From positions 274,052-338,051 of the forward strand of contig CAYMYC010000001.1 in NCBI GenBank assembly GCA_964394645.1: 64,000 nt of DNA, written 5' to 3'. This DNA comes from an uncultured Gammaproteobacteria bacterium. Its GTDB lineage: Bacteria > Patescibacteriota > Microgenomatia > Levybacterales > GWA1-39-11. The notes under the pieces were generated by a model. That model was not told the DNA's origin, did not search any database, and saw only the letters and a program-made list of their open reading frames with translations. Numbering within the stretch: the first letter of the stretch is position 1; each line of letters opens with the position of its first letter. Below are positions 18,670-28,763 of this stretch, one piece after another. The position numbers and the translations under genes were made by a program.

Positions 18670-20317
18670 ATCTACAGAACAAAAACAAAAAACAGGATTC
18701 AAAAAATGGCTGCCATTAGCCATCTTAAGTATTGGATTTATCATTATTATTCTTGATACCACAATTCTAAATGTATCGCTCAGTGCAATTATTAATGACC
18801 TCCATACTAATATTCAAAGTATCCAATGGGTTATCACAGGCTACTCCTTAATGATTGCTGCCTTTACTGTTACCGGCGGAAGGCTTGGAGATTTGTTTGG
18901 ACGAAAAAAGATGTTTATGCTGGGAGCTATCATATTTGGTCTAGGATCTTTTCTCGCCTCGATTAGCCAATCCGTAGGTATGCTAATTGCTGGAGAAGCG
19001 ATTATTGAAGGTGTGGGAGCTGCCCTTATGACACCTGCAATTATGTCGCTCATCGTATCCAATTATAAAGGGCGTGATCGTCAAATAGGATTTGGTGTTT
19101 GGGGAGCAATAGCCGGAGGTGCGGCTGCTTTGGGACCAGTTGTGGGAGGATGGATTACGACCTATTCCTCATGGAGATGGGCATTTCGTATTAATGTCGT
19201 TATTGTAGTAATTCTTCTTATTGGCTCATTCTTTATCGCAGAAGCTCAAGATAAAGAAGAAAAAGCATCACTTGATATTGTTGGCGTCATTCTTTCCGCG
19301 GTAGGACTACTCGCAGTCGTCTTTGGATTTATTAAAGCCTCCGACTATGGATGGCTTACCATGAAAGAAACAATAAATTTCCTTGGATTAACCTTTTCTC
19401 AAGGTGGAATTTCTCTTGTTCCAATTGCCATTATTGTTGGAGCAATTATTCTTTTCCTCTTTGGCCTATGGGAAAATCACATTACCAAACAAGGTCGAAC
19501 ACCCTTAGTTTCTCTCAAGTTATTTAAGAACTCTCAATTTACATTGGCTATAGCAATCACCAGCATACTTGCTCTGGGCATGTCAGGGTTATCATTTGCT
19601 ATTCCTGTTTTTCTTCAGGCAGTAAAACATCTTAATCCTTTGGACACAGGTTTTGCGATGCTGCCCATGACATTAACACTTTTGGTTGCAGCTCCACTTT
19701 CAGCTGTAATTAGTAAATATATTGCTCCAAAAAGGATCATTCAAATAGGACTTGTTATGGGTGCTATCGGATTCCTAGCTCTGCGAGCAGGTATTCAAGT
19801 AACTGCTGGCCAATGGGCTCTCACACCTGGATTCATACTTTTCGGTGCAGGAATGGGCTTTATGATGTCTCAATTAAGTAACTTGGCAATATCTGCCGTT
19901 TCGGTACAAGAAGCCGGAGAAGTATCGGGTGTAAATAGTACATTTAGAACAGTTGGACAAACTTTGGGATCAGCTGTAATCGGTGCAATACTCATTTCTA
20001 CTCTAACGACAAACCTAATAAGTGGAATAACGAATAGTTCGATTATTCCTGATGTACAGAAGGCTCCAATCAGCCAGGCTGTAAGCAAGCAGGCTTCAAG
20101 TATCGAATTTGGTTCAGCAACAAATATTACTAATAGTCAAATACCTGCAGTTATTTCAAATGAAATTACGAACATAAGCCAACATGCAACAGTTGATGCA
20201 ACCCATGTTACACTTTTAATTGGAGCTGGTTTTATGCTCTTATCATTGCTGTTAACAGTAAAGCTTCCAAACGAGAAAAATATAGAAGTTGAAAAATCTA
20301 TTGCAGTAGGACATTAA
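18662..20317 (+). CDS. MFS transporter, DHA2/EmrB-like drug efflux pump
   Basis: About 14 predicted TM helices, an MFS motif-A-like GRLGDLFGRKK, and co-operonic with the MarR gene. Confidence 0.8.
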   Translation: MDKSTEQKQKTGFKKWLPLAILSIGFIIIILDTTILNVSLSAIINDLHTNIQSIQWVITGYSLMIAAFTVTGGRLGDLFGRKKMFMLGAIIFGLGSFLASISQSVGMLIAGEAIIEGVGAALMTPAIMSLIVSNYKGRDRQIGFGVWGAIAGGAAALGPVVGGWITTYSSWRWAFRINVVIVVILLIGSFFIAEAQDKEEKASLDIVGVILSAVGLLAVVFGFIKASDYGWLTMKETINFLGLTFSQGGISLVPIAIIVGAIILFLFGLWENHITKQGRTPLVSLKLFKNSQFTLAIAITSILALGMSGLSFAIPVFLQAVKHLNPLDTGFAMLPMTLTLLVAAPLSAVISKYIAPKRIIQIGLVMGAIGFLALRAGIQVTAGQWALTPGFILFGAGMGFMMSQLSNLAISAVSVQEAGEVSGVNSTFRTVGQTLGSAVIGAILISTLTTNLISGITNSSIIPDVQKAPISQAVSKQASSIEFGSATNITNSQIPAVISNEITNISQHATVDATHVTLLIGAGFMLLSLLLTVKLPNEKNIEVEKSIAVGH

Positions 20318-20323
20318 ATAGTT

Positions 20324-20716
20324 ATGAATATAATTAATTCCTTATTTAAAAAAATTACCTCTCTCAAAGATTGGTTCTTCAAGGCTTCTTGGAAAAAGAA
20401 ATTGATTGTTTTTATAGTGGCATTTGTAGCTCTGTTTATTCTCACTTCTCCTTTGAGAGCAAAGCCTCCGACATATACAACTGAACCTGTAACGAAAGCG
20501 ACTGTTGCAGATATTGTTTCAGAAAGTGGAAATGTGGCTTCCTCTGGCAGGTTTGATGTCTACTCACCAAGTACTGGTTACATTGAGGAATCATATGTTC
20601 AAAACGGAGATCCTATTAAGGTTGGAGTTTCAACTATTGTTGGAGTAGTATTTGGAATTTATCCGGCGCAACGTGCAGCGAAACTATCGCCGATTGAAGC
20701 TTTAAGATACGAATAA
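20324..20716 (+). pseudogene. remnant of an efflux operon: MacA-like adaptor N-terminus fused to the MacB/FtsX permease C-terminus
   Basis: The N-terminus has a TM anchor plus the start of a membrane-fusion-protein lipoyl segment ([13 protein letters not shown] ... GDPIKVG). The C-terminus is the conserved last helix and tail of MacB/FtsX permeases ([26 protein letters not shown]). Only 130 aa, consistent with an internal deletion. Confidence 0.4.
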
Positions 20717-20720
20717 AATT

Positions 20721-21095
20721 ATGTTTACACTTTTTATTACACTCATGCGTTTCTTAAGAGGAGTATGGTATGGATTTAAAGACCCTGAGTTTAAAGGGCT
20801 TTTCTTTTTTGTCGTTATATTATTAATATCGGGAACTACTTTTTATAGCACGGTAGAACATTGGAGAATTCTTGACTCACTTTATTTTTCAATAACAACA
20901 CTCACAACTGTGGGTTTTGGTGATTTGGCGCCAAAAACTGATATAGGTAAAATCTTTACTATGATTTATATTTTAGTTGGAATCGGAACCCTACTGGGTT
21001 TTGTCAACTTAATTGCACATCATACGCAAAAAAATGATCCAATAATGAATAAATATTTAAAGAAAATTGAGGAAGATGAGAAAAAGGAAAGTTAA
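20721..21095 (+). CDS. small two-TM potassium channel (KcsA/Kch-like)
   Basis: Selectivity filter TTVGFGD flanked by two hydrophobic helices. Confidence 0.7.
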   Translation: MFTLFITLMRFLRGVWYGFKDPEFKGLFFFVVILLISGTTFYSTVEHWRILDSLYFSITTLTTVGFGDLAPKTDIGKIFTMIYILVGIGTLLGFVNLIAHHTQKNDPIMNKYLKKIEEDEKKES

Positions 21096-21709
21096 ACCTC
21101 TCGGGCTTTTTTAAGTGCTTTGGTAGTCCAAATAAGGTCATTAAAGAAATTTTCAACTCGATCCATACGTCCTTCCCGTAATGACTTAAATAGTTCGGGA
21201 TTAATCGGGAGCTTTTCATTCATCACTGCTAAATAAATTTCTGATGGAATGTGAATAGCATTTCTTATTGGAACTAATTGTAGTTCGATTGCAACCTCTC
21301 GTAGTTGCTCTATTGCTCTTGCTCCTCCAGCATTCCCATATCCCACAAACCCTACAGCTTTTCTATTCCACTCTTTAAATACATAGTCCAAAGCGTTTTT
21401 CAAAACAGCAGAGTAACCATGATTATATTCTGCTGCTATAATAATAAAGCCATCCGCCTCAGCAATTTTCTTTGTCCATTTTTTAGCAACTTCATTTTTA
21501 TATTCATGCTTTGCCATTTCAAACATGCTAGGAGAAACTGGTTCATCATAGAAAGGAAGCGGATAATCCCGGAGGTCAACCAATTCAACTTCAATTTCCT
21601 TTAATTTTTCTGCTTCCTGCAGAATATATGAAGCGGCTTTTTCAGAGAATCTATTCTGTCTTGTGGTACCCACAATAATCTGAATTTTTAATGCTTTCGT
21701 GTCTGCCAT
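21092..21709 (-). CDS. NAD(P)H-dependent FMN reductase / flavodoxin-like oxidoreductase
   Basis: Flavodoxin-like fold pattern (IQIIVGTTRQNRFSEK ... GFIIIAAEYNHGYSAVLKNALDY ... GFVGYG). Confidence 0.65.
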   Translation of the reverse strand: MADTKALKIQIIVGTTRQNRFSEKAASYILQEAEKLKEIEVELVDLRDYPLPFYDEPVSPSMFEMAKHEYKNEVAKKWTKKIAEADGFIIIAAEYNHGYSAVLKNALDYVFKEWNRKAVGFVGYGNAGGARAIEQLREVAIELQLVPIRNAIHIPSEIYLAVMNEKLPINPELFKSLREGRMDRVENFFNDLIWTTKALKKAREV

Positions 21710-21717
21710 AATAAGAT

Positions 21718-22656
21718 TTAATTTTTAATCTTTAAGACGACTTTTCCCTGCGGGTGAGTTACTTCTTGGTATTTAAAAGCTTCTTGTACTTGATCTAGAG
21801 GAAATATCTTATCAACATGAACTTTAATTTTTCCACTATCAACGAGCTCTGTAAGATGGTTTAAGTGTGCTGAGTCAGTTTGTGTACCTTGACCTATGGC
21901 AGTAACGCCATATTTATCTGCTAATTCTTTGTTGGGTGCTCCAACCATTGAAACAATAATACCGCCTTTTTTGAGGACTTGAAAAGACTTATCGGTTGTT
22001 TCTCCTCCGACTGTGTCAAAAACTGCATCAAAGTCTTTAAGAGTATCTTCGAAATTCTGAGTTTTATAGTCAATTACTTCATCAGCGCCAAGACTTTTTG
22101 CAAATTCAACATCTTTTGTTTGAACGGTAGTTACAACATATGCTCCAAGAGATTTAGCTAACTGAATTGCAATATGTCCAATTCCTCCTGCTCCTCCAGG
22201 AATAAAAATCTTTTGACCCTTTTGAAGCTTAATAAGTTCTTCTAATCCTTGTGCAGCACTGACTCCCACAAGTGGTAACGCACTAGCTTCTTCAAAATTT
22301 ACTGAATTAGGCTTAAGAGCAGTATTTGCTCCATTTGCAGCAATAAATTCTGCCATTGATCCAGAACCTCCATTTAAGACAATGGCTTGTCCATAAACCT
22401 CGTCCCCAACTTTAAATTCTGTAATGCCTTTCCCTACTTCTGCAATCTTGCCTGCAAAATCTCCGCCAAGAGTAACAGGAAGTTGCACGGGAGCCATTTT
22501 TTCAAGGTATCCTGCACGAAATTTCCAATCTATTGCGTTAATACTCGCAGCATAGTTTTCAATGAGTAGCTGCCCCTCTTTAAGAGTGGGGTTTGGAGTA
22601 TCTTTTATCTCTAGGACTTCGTTTCCGCCGTATTTATTAATTTGTGCTGCTTTCAT
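21718..22656 (-). CDS. zinc-type alcohol dehydrogenase / NADPH:quinone oxidoreductase (MDR superfamily)
   Basis: Rossmann motif GGAGGIGHIAIQLAK, a GroES-like N-terminal domain, and the family size (312 aa). Confidence 0.75.
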   Translation of the reverse strand: MKAAQINKYGGNEVLEIKDTPNPTLKEGQLLIENYAASINAIDWKFRAGYLEKMAPVQLPVTLGGDFAGKIAEVGKGITEFKVGDEVYGQAIVLNGGSGSMAEFIAANGANTALKPNSVNFEEASALPLVGVSAAQGLEELIKLQKGQKIFIPGGAGGIGHIAIQLAKSLGAYVVTTVQTKDVEFAKSLGADEVIDYKTQNFEDTLKDFDAVFDTVGGETTDKSFQVLKKGGIIVSMVGAPNKELADKYGVTAIGQGTQTDSAHLNHLTELVDSGKIKVHVDKIFPLDQVQEAFKYQEVTHPQGKVVLKIKN

Positions 22657-22705
22657 ACTTGTGGTAAAATTACTATGGAAATTATAGTACTACAATATTT
22701 ATAGT

Positions 22706-23041
22706 ATGTCAATGACAAAGAAAGCTATTCAGGAAGAAAAATGCTCAACCGAGGAGTTGAAAATGCTGGGGGATTTTTGGACACTTGCCATAATTCAAGC
22801 AATTGATGGTGGAGAAAAAAGATTTGCGCAACTTGAGCGTGAACTTCCAAATGTAAATCCCACGACGCTCTCAAATAGATTGAAAAAGCTTGAAGAACAA
22901 GGGATTATTAAAAGGCAGGAAGAAACATTGGATAGATTATCTGTCGTTTATTCTTTGACTGAGAAGGGAAACGGGATAATGCCAATACTTGCCGAAATCC
23001 GAGTGTTCGCAGAAAAGTTTCTAAAAAAAAGATCAAAATGA
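22706..23041 (+). CDS. HxlR-family winged-helix transcriptional regulator
   Basis: LGDFWTLAIIQAIDGGEKRFAQLERELPNVNPTTLSNRLKKLEEQGII matches the HxlR pattern; divergent from the oxidoreductase pair. Confidence 0.7.
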   Translation: MSMTKKAIQEEKCSTEELKMLGDFWTLAIIQAIDGGEKRFAQLERELPNVNPTTLSNRLKKLEEQGIIKRQEETLDRLSVVYSLTEKGNGIMPILAEIRVFAEKFLKKRSK

Positions 23042-23240
23042 GGCAATGAAAGAAGAAAAAGAGTCATTCAGATATCCCGCAATTACTGAATACAAAAACT
23101 CTTCTCCTGTTAAATATTTATGGATATTAGGAGGTTTTATAGCTCTATTAATTGTTTCCGTCACTCTCTTTATTATTTTTAAGATATAGTATTTTCCCTA
23201 CTGGACTTCATGGGTTTTCTGCGGTACCTTCTACCCTGAA

Positions 23241-24572
23241 ATGGATTACAATACAAAGCCAGAGATACCTCTCGAATACTGCCTGTATGCCCGCAAATCA
23301 AGCGAATCTGATGAAAGGCAAACAATGTCAATTGACTCTCAGATCGAGGAGATGATGGCACTTGCCAAGCGGGACAAACTAAAGATAAAAGAAGTCAAAA
23401 AGGAGAGTCACTCAGCAAAGTCCTCAGGCACCCGCCCTGTATTTATGGAGCTTCTCCAAGAGGTAAGACAGAAGAAATTTAATGGAATTTTAACCTGGGC
23501 ACCAGATAGGTTAAGTAGGAATGCCGGAGACTTGGGATCAGTAGTTGATCTCATGGACCAGGGAAAACTCGTTAAGATTCAGACGTATTCTCAAAGTTTT
23601 TCAAACAGTCCGAATGAAAAGTTTTTGCTGATGATTTTATGCTCCCAAGCAAAGCTCGAAAATGATAATAAAGGATTGAATGTCCAGAGAGGAATGAGAG
23701 CAAAATGTCTGATGGGCTGGCGTCCCAGTATTGCTCCTGTTGGATATATTAATCAAGCTGGTGATCCGGCAACAACAGAATTGATAATTGTTGATCCTGA
23801 GCGAGAAAACTTTGTAAGACAAATGTTTGACAGAATGGCAAATCAAGGACAATCAGGAAGAACAATAAAGATGTGGCTTGATCGCATTGGTTTTGAAACA
23901 AGAGGAGGTAAAAGACTAGCACTGAGCAAAGTCTATGCAACTCTTAAAAATCCTTTCTACTACGGAGAGTTTGAATTTCCTGTTGGAAGTGGTACTTGGT
24001 ATAAAGGAAAGCATAAACCATTAATAACTAAAGAATTATTTGATAAAACGCAACTTCATCTTCAAATACAACCCGACAAAGGATACAAGAATAAACTATT
24101 TCCATTCAAGAAGATGTTCAAATGCGGAAAATGTGGCGGAGGCATAACGGCTGAAGAAAAATACAGAAAACTTCTAAATGGCAGAGTTGTAAAACATATC
24201 TACTATCATTGTGGAAGATCCCGTGATTTTGAATGTGATGAACCATACATTACAGAAGCAGACCTTGTTAAACAACTAATTGCAAAGATTGATGTTATTA
24301 GATTTAACTCATCAGGAATCACAAGAAAAATACAGGAGGATATTGAGCGATACCACAGACTTAAAACCCAGGTTCTTCATCAGGAATTTATAGATGGATA
24401 TTTACAAGAATTTAATAGAATTCCTGAAAATGGAAATGACAAGAATGAAATGATGAAAAACTATCTATTACATATTCTAAAAATAGGAACAGCAGAAGAG
24501 CGACTAGAAGCACTCTCTTTTATTAAAACAAAATTCATTCTATCTCAAAGAGAAATAATAATAGAAAAATAA
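23241..24572 (+). CDS. large serine recombinase
   Basis: N-terminal YCLYARKSSESDERQTMSIDSQ (catalytic Ser in a resolvase-like context), a recombinase domain and a zinc ribbon (CGKCGGG ... YYHCGRSRDFEC). Confidence 0.75.
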   Translation: MDYNTKPEIPLEYCLYARKSSESDERQTMSIDSQIEEMMALAKRDKLKIKEVKKESHSAKSSGTRPVFMELLQEVRQKKFNGILTWAPDRLSRNAGDLGSVVDLMDQGKLVKIQTYSQSFSNSPNEKFLLMILCSQAKLENDNKGLNVQRGMRAKCLMGWRPSIAPVGYINQAGDPATTELIIVDPERENFVRQMFDRMANQGQSGRTIKMWLDRIGFETRGGKRLALSKVYATLKNPFYYGEFEFPVGSGTWYKGKHKPLITKELFDKTQLHLQIQPDKGYKNKLFPFKKMFKCGKCGGGITAEEKYRKLLNGRVVKHIYYHCGRSRDFECDEPYITEADLVKQLIAKIDVIRFNSSGITRKIQEDIERYHRLKTQVLHQEFIDGYLQEFNRIPENGNDKNEMMKNYLLHILKIGTAEERLEALSFIKTKFILSQREIIIEK

Positions 24573-24834
24573 CCGCAACTTCTCCGATAGGTGTTTTTCT
24601 CGTGGGCTAAATGGTCTTTTTTGAGGCCTAAAAATTACTATTACAGGCTCTTTAAGCGATTATAGAACGACTTTGATTTAATTTAGCAAGCCTTATCAAC
24701 CCAAACGTAGATACCCAACGGGTCTGGTAGGAATACTATAAGATATGTGACCCGAGAGATACACTGTTCGAATCAAGTTTAGCCTTTTGGGACAGGTTAT
24801 TGAAGGCATTTCAATCTCTAACTGAACCTCAAAA

Positions 24835-25029
24835 CTAAAGCATCTTAATTTTTAAGACATCAAAAATCTTCTTTAACTTATCGTAGGAGGTATTAATTTC
24901 TCCCCGTTCAATCCTTGCATAGTACGTAACGTCCATTCCTGTTTTTTCTGCAACTTCAGCTTGCGTAAGACCAAGTTTTTCCCTTGCACCGCTTAATTTT
25001 TCTGCCAGTTCTTTATTCTTTGTAGACAT
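24835..25029 (-). CDS. XRE-family HTH regulator
   Basis: LTQAEVAEKTGMDVTYYARIERGEINTSYDKLKKIFDVL. Confidence 0.7.
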   Translation of the reverse strand: MSTKNKELAEKLSGAREKLGLTQAEVAEKTGMDVTYYARIERGEINTSYDKLKKIFDVLKIKML

Positions 25030-25112
25030 ATATGTACAGTATTATATCAGTTCTAAAAGAAAAAAAATAATAGCCTCAAGCTAATATCAAGAACCTGCAT
25101 AGTAATAAATTA

Positions 25113-25259
25113 CTTGCTAGTCTTTTTTTCTCTGATAAGTATCCTCATTAAATTTAAAAAATGTGTTGCCAACCTCGCTGTTTCTTCATCGGTCAATATG
25201 ATCCCGTAGTTCTTAAGATAAAGTTTCTTAAATTTATCAAAATATTGTTCTTTAGTCAT
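25113..25259 (-). CDS. small hypothetical protein (49 aa) coupled to the upstream XRE gene
   Basis: ATG lies 2 nt after the XRE stop (TAGTTATG on the minus strand); below the ORF-track cutoff. Confidence 0.25.
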
Positions 25260-25261
25260 AA

Positions 25262-25480
25262 CTATTCATCTAAAAGATCACTTGATGTAATCCCTAAGCC
25301 TTTTACTAATATGTAAAGTAAGCCAATTGTTACACGAGCTTTTCCGGTTTCAATTTTGCCAATATAACTTCTGCTAAGATTCGTAACAACGGATACTTCC
25401 ATTTGTGTTAGATTTTTCTGTAATCGAATCTTTTTTAAATTACGACCAATTCTGGCATTCCCTTCAAAACTGTTCACCAT
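25262..25480 (-). CDS. XRE-family HTH regulator
   Basis: LTQMEVSVVTNLSRSYIGKIETGKARVTIGLLYILVKGL. Confidence 0.65.
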   Translation of the reverse strand: MVNSFEGNARIGRNLKKIRLQKNLTQMEVSVVTNLSRSYIGKIETGKARVTIGLLYILVKGLGITSSDLLDE

Positions 25481-25554
25481 ATTGCTAATTTAGCACAAAG
25501 TTTTTGACCGGGGGCGCTAGTTGGTTGTAGTGGTGCTACTTTTGAGGCAGAATA

Positions 25555-26370
25555 TCATTTTCCCAAAGAATTTCTTACAGTTCTGTAGATATTTCCAAGC
25601 TCGCGAACATATAGTGAATCATTTTCAAGGATAAATTTTCTGCAGTTTTCCGGATCATCTTCGTATAAAGACTTAACACTGTTTGTTAATACAATAATAT
25701 CTTGACTAACATAATTTGAGGCCTGACTATCATAGAATGATACATAAAAAAATAACATGCAGAAAAGGGCAAGATTAAAAATAAAGAGTGGAGGGAACGT
25801 GAATAATAGAATTGCTAGTAAAATTATAATTTCTATTTCAATTCTTAGTATATGAGATTTATAGCCTACCAAATCGGTATATGCTGTAACATATATTGCT
25901 CCGATAGGATTTTTCTCTTTCTCAAGCTTAAGTTCTTTAATTTTTTTGACTGTATCCTGAATACACTTCCTATTTTTTGCAATTAATTTAAAGCTCCACG
26001 CCTTCTTTCTTAAGAACCAGTAAGTATCGGACTGTACAAAAATGATAAATGTAATAAAACTAACGAACAAAATTTCTAAAAAATAAAGATAAAATTCATA
26101 TTTGCTAGAAGAACGAAAGACAGTAAATAAGAATACTGATATTAATAGAACAAAGAGAAGCTTCTTGTTGATTGGAGAAAATGATAAAAGATACAGAGCC
26201 CTATTTTTGCAAGAAATAAAGTCACCTATAATTTCAGTAAATAAATTCTTAATTTTTCGTATCACAAATAAATTATACTCCAGCTCACAAGGCCTGTCCC
26301 ATATGATAAAAGTGACAACAATGATAATAATTGATTGTTCTTTTAAATTAGAGCTCGTAAACCCTGCCAA
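25555..26370 (-). CDS. polytopic membrane hypothetical protein
   Basis: Several hydrophobic helices; no enzymatic motif. Confidence 0.35.
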   Translation of the reverse strand: MAGFTSSNLKEQSIIIIVVTFIIWDRPCELEYNLFVIRKIKNLFTEIIGDFISCKNRALYLLSFSPINKKLLFVLLISVFLFTVFRSSSKYEFYLYFLEILFVSFITFIIFVQSDTYWFLRKKAWSFKLIAKNRKCIQDTVKKIKELKLEKEKNPIGAIYVTAYTDLVGYKSHILRIEIEIIILLAILLFTFPPLFIFNLALFCMLFFYVSFYDSQASNYVSQDIIVLTNSVKSLYEDDPENCRKFILENDSLYVRELGNIYRTVRNSLGK

Positions 26371-26401
26371 ACAGTGCTACAATTTGTAGACTTAAAATAG
26401 T

Positions 26402-27979
26402 ATGAGTCAAATTTCACCTCAATTAAGAGCAACATTATCAGGATTTAACGGAGGATCTAATGGAAGAAAAGCAAAGTCTCCTGAAGAATTTTTCGAGCGA
26501 TGGCTAGTATTCAAAACCAAAAAAGCGAAAATGCCCGGCGTTAAGAAAGTTATAGATGAAGCAATAGGGAAAAAGGGTGAGGTATTGCAAATAATTGCAG
26601 AGTTTTTTCAAAATAGGCAAAATGGCACAGGCAACTTTCAGGATAAATACATACAAAAAGCTAATAAACCTTCATCAAAATTTAGACTTAACGAAAAACA
26701 AATTGATCTTTCAGAAATAACATTGAGTCCGGATCAAGAAAAAATTCTCGGCTTACTTCAGACTTCAAAAACTCCCATATTTCTCACCGGAAAGGCAGGG
26801 ACTGGTAAATCTTTACTCTTACAATATTACCGGCAAAAATCCAACAAAAACATCGTAGTATGTGCTCCAACCGGAGTTGCTGCGCTTAATATTGGAGGAC
26901 AAACTATTCATTCACTTTTTAAAATACCACCTGAACTTATCAGAAAGGATAGCTTAAAGGTCGAAAAAAGAGCCGCAAAATTACTAAAGCATGTAGACGT
27001 TTTAATTATTGATGAGATATCAATGGTTAGACCAGACCTCATGGATGCTATTGACTATGTACTTAGAAAGGCAAGAAGTAGTTCGATTCCTTTCGGAGGT
27101 GTACAAATTATTATGTTCGGGGATCTTTTCCAGCTCCCTCCGGTTATACAGAAAGAAGTATCCGACTATTTCGAGCAAAATTATGGAGGAAATTTCTTTT
27201 TCAATGCAGATGTTTGGAAGAATATAAAATTTGATATCCGAGAGCTGACGACTGTATTCCGTCAAAAAGATGAGGACTTCAAAAGTGTGCTTAATGCGGT
27301 ACGGGAGGGAACAATAACAGATGAACAAATAATGGTTCTTAATAAAAGGGCTGGTGCTGAAATTCCTTCCGAAGGGGTAATTACCTTAACAACAACAAAT
27401 GTATCAGCTAAAAAAATCAACGAAACCAAGCTTAGTCTTTTGAAAGAAAAGGGGTATGAATACAAAGCTGAAATATCCGGGAATCTTGAGAAATCTGCAT
27501 ATCCAACAGAAGAAATATTGCAATTAAAGAAAGGCGCACAGGTTATGTTACTGAGAAACGACAAAGATAAACGCTGGGTAAATGGCACCTTGGGATATAT
27601 AGATTCTTTGAAGAATGACGAAATAAAAGTAAATATAGATGGGAATATTTATTCCGTTCCAAGGGAAACTTGGAAAAAAATCAAATATATCTTTAATGAA
27701 ACAACAAAAACACTTGAGGAAAAAGTGGTGAGCTCATTTACGCAATTTCCATTACGGCTAGCTTGGGCTATAACAATACATAAATCACAAGGTCAGACCT
27801 ATAATTCAGTAGCTATCGATATGGGGTTCGGTGCCTTTACCTATGGACAAACGTATGTAGGGCTTAGCCGGTGCAAGTCTATAGATGGTTTATACCTAAA
27901 AAGAAAAATATCGAGGGAAGATATTATTGTAGAACCTAAAATTATTAATTTTATGAAGAATATTAATATTGATAAGTAG
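26402..27979 (+). CDS. Pif1/RecD-family (AAA_30-type) 5'-3' DNA helicase
   Basis: Walker A LTGKAGTGKS, Walker B VLIIDEISMV, motif III-like MFGDLFQLPPV, and a C-terminal SH3-like/UvrD_C_2-like end (WAITIHKSQGQTY ... YVGLSRCKS). Confidence 0.7.
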   Translation: MSQISPQLRATLSGFNGGSNGRKAKSPEEFFERWLVFKTKKAKMPGVKKVIDEAIGKKGEVLQIIAEFFQNRQNGTGNFQDKYIQKANKPSSKFRLNEKQIDLSEITLSPDQEKILGLLQTSKTPIFLTGKAGTGKSLLLQYYRQKSNKNIVVCAPTGVAALNIGGQTIHSLFKIPPELIRKDSLKVEKRAAKLLKHVDVLIIDEISMVRPDLMDAIDYVLRKARSSSIPFGGVQIIMFGDLFQLPPVIQKEVSDYFEQNYGGNFFFNADVWKNIKFDIRELTTVFRQKDEDFKSVLNAVREGTITDEQIMVLNKRAGAEIPSEGVITLTTTNVSAKKINETKLSLLKEKGYEYKAEISGNLEKSAYPTEEILQLKKGAQVMLLRNDKDKRWVNGTLGYIDSLKNDEIKVNIDGNIYSVPRETWKKIKYIFNETTKTLEEKVVSSFTQFPLRLAWAITIHKSQGQTYNSVAIDMGFGAFTYGQTYVGLSRCKSIDGLYLKRKISREDIIVEPKIINFMKNINIDK

Positions 27980-28005
27980 GCCTGCTCTTTCTGGTAAATT
28001 AACAA

Positions 28006-28761
28006 TCATTTTTCAAATTCTTTAACAGCACTTCGATATTTGCAAAAATCACAATCCTCACCTGATTCAGGAAGAACGTCGCTATGAAGGCATTTAATTG
28101 CGTTTGACACTGTTCCCTCAACCCATTCTGTATTTCCTGTATAAGGAATTAGTTTTATTTCAAATTCTAATTTTCCGTCAAATGCCTCTTTGTCAGTATT
28201 GCCATTGCAGTAAACAAAATAACCAGTATCTGAAACCTTAAAACCATTTTTTCTAAATAACCATTGATATATCTCCATTTGCCGTTTGTATCCATCCTGC
28301 CATTCTGCATCAAGGGTTACTTCTCCATCTTTAGCGGTAGCCTTATAATCTACTATTATCAACTCTCCATTTTCTTCACGCCAAACATCATCAACTCCTC
28401 CGGTGACCATGATGGAGGTACCATCAATCGGAACAGTAATCCCACGTCTCAAGCTATCTCTCCATTCGTCAATTTTCTCATGAGCAAATGGAATGGCATT
28501 AATTCCATATTTCTCACAAAGAGGGTGTCGTGTGCCATTGGAGCGATGAATATCAAATTCTTTTTTTAGTAGTGCATCAACTGCAGAATTTAGTGAAAAT
28601 GGATATCCAGGAGGCTGAGCAACACCTAGTCTTCTATCTAAGTAAAAACATCTAGGACATTTAATAAAACTGTCTATCTTACTCCTACTTAAACGAAATA
28701 ACTCTGCAGAACTCGGATCGTAGATATTTCTTTTTCGGTTAGGATGGTAATAATTTGACAT
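28006..28761 (-). CDS. RecB/Cas4-family PD-(D/E)xK nuclease with four-Cys cluster
   Basis: Motif II D in GGVDDVW, motif III IVDYKAT, a QxxxY-like EIYQWLF, and N-terminal CPRC plus C-terminal CDFC cysteine pairs reminiscent of the Cas4/AddB Fe-S arrangement. Confidence 0.7.
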   Translation of the reverse strand: MSNYYHPNRKRNIYDPSSAELFRLSRSKIDSFIKCPRCFYLDRRLGVAQPPGYPFSLNSAVDALLKKEFDIHRSNGTRHPLCEKYGINAIPFAHEKIDEWRDSLRRGITVPIDGTSIMVTGGVDDVWREENGELIIVDYKATAKDGEVTLDAEWQDGYKRQMEIYQWLFRKNGFKVSDTGYFVYCNGNTDKEAFDGKLEFEIKLIPYTGNTEWVEGTVSNAIKCLHSDVLPESGEDCDFCKYRSAVKEFEK

Positions 28762-28763
28762 TT

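Noticed and set aside
24745-24780. Possible degenerate copy of the tRNA-Glu 3' end (GTGACCC...GTTCGAATC) as a second att site at 24.75 kb
   Set aside because: Only two short blocks (GATTCGA, GGGTCAC) match, and with different spacing. No tRNA fold is possible on either strand. Serine recombinases do not require long direct repeats, so the resemblance may be chance.
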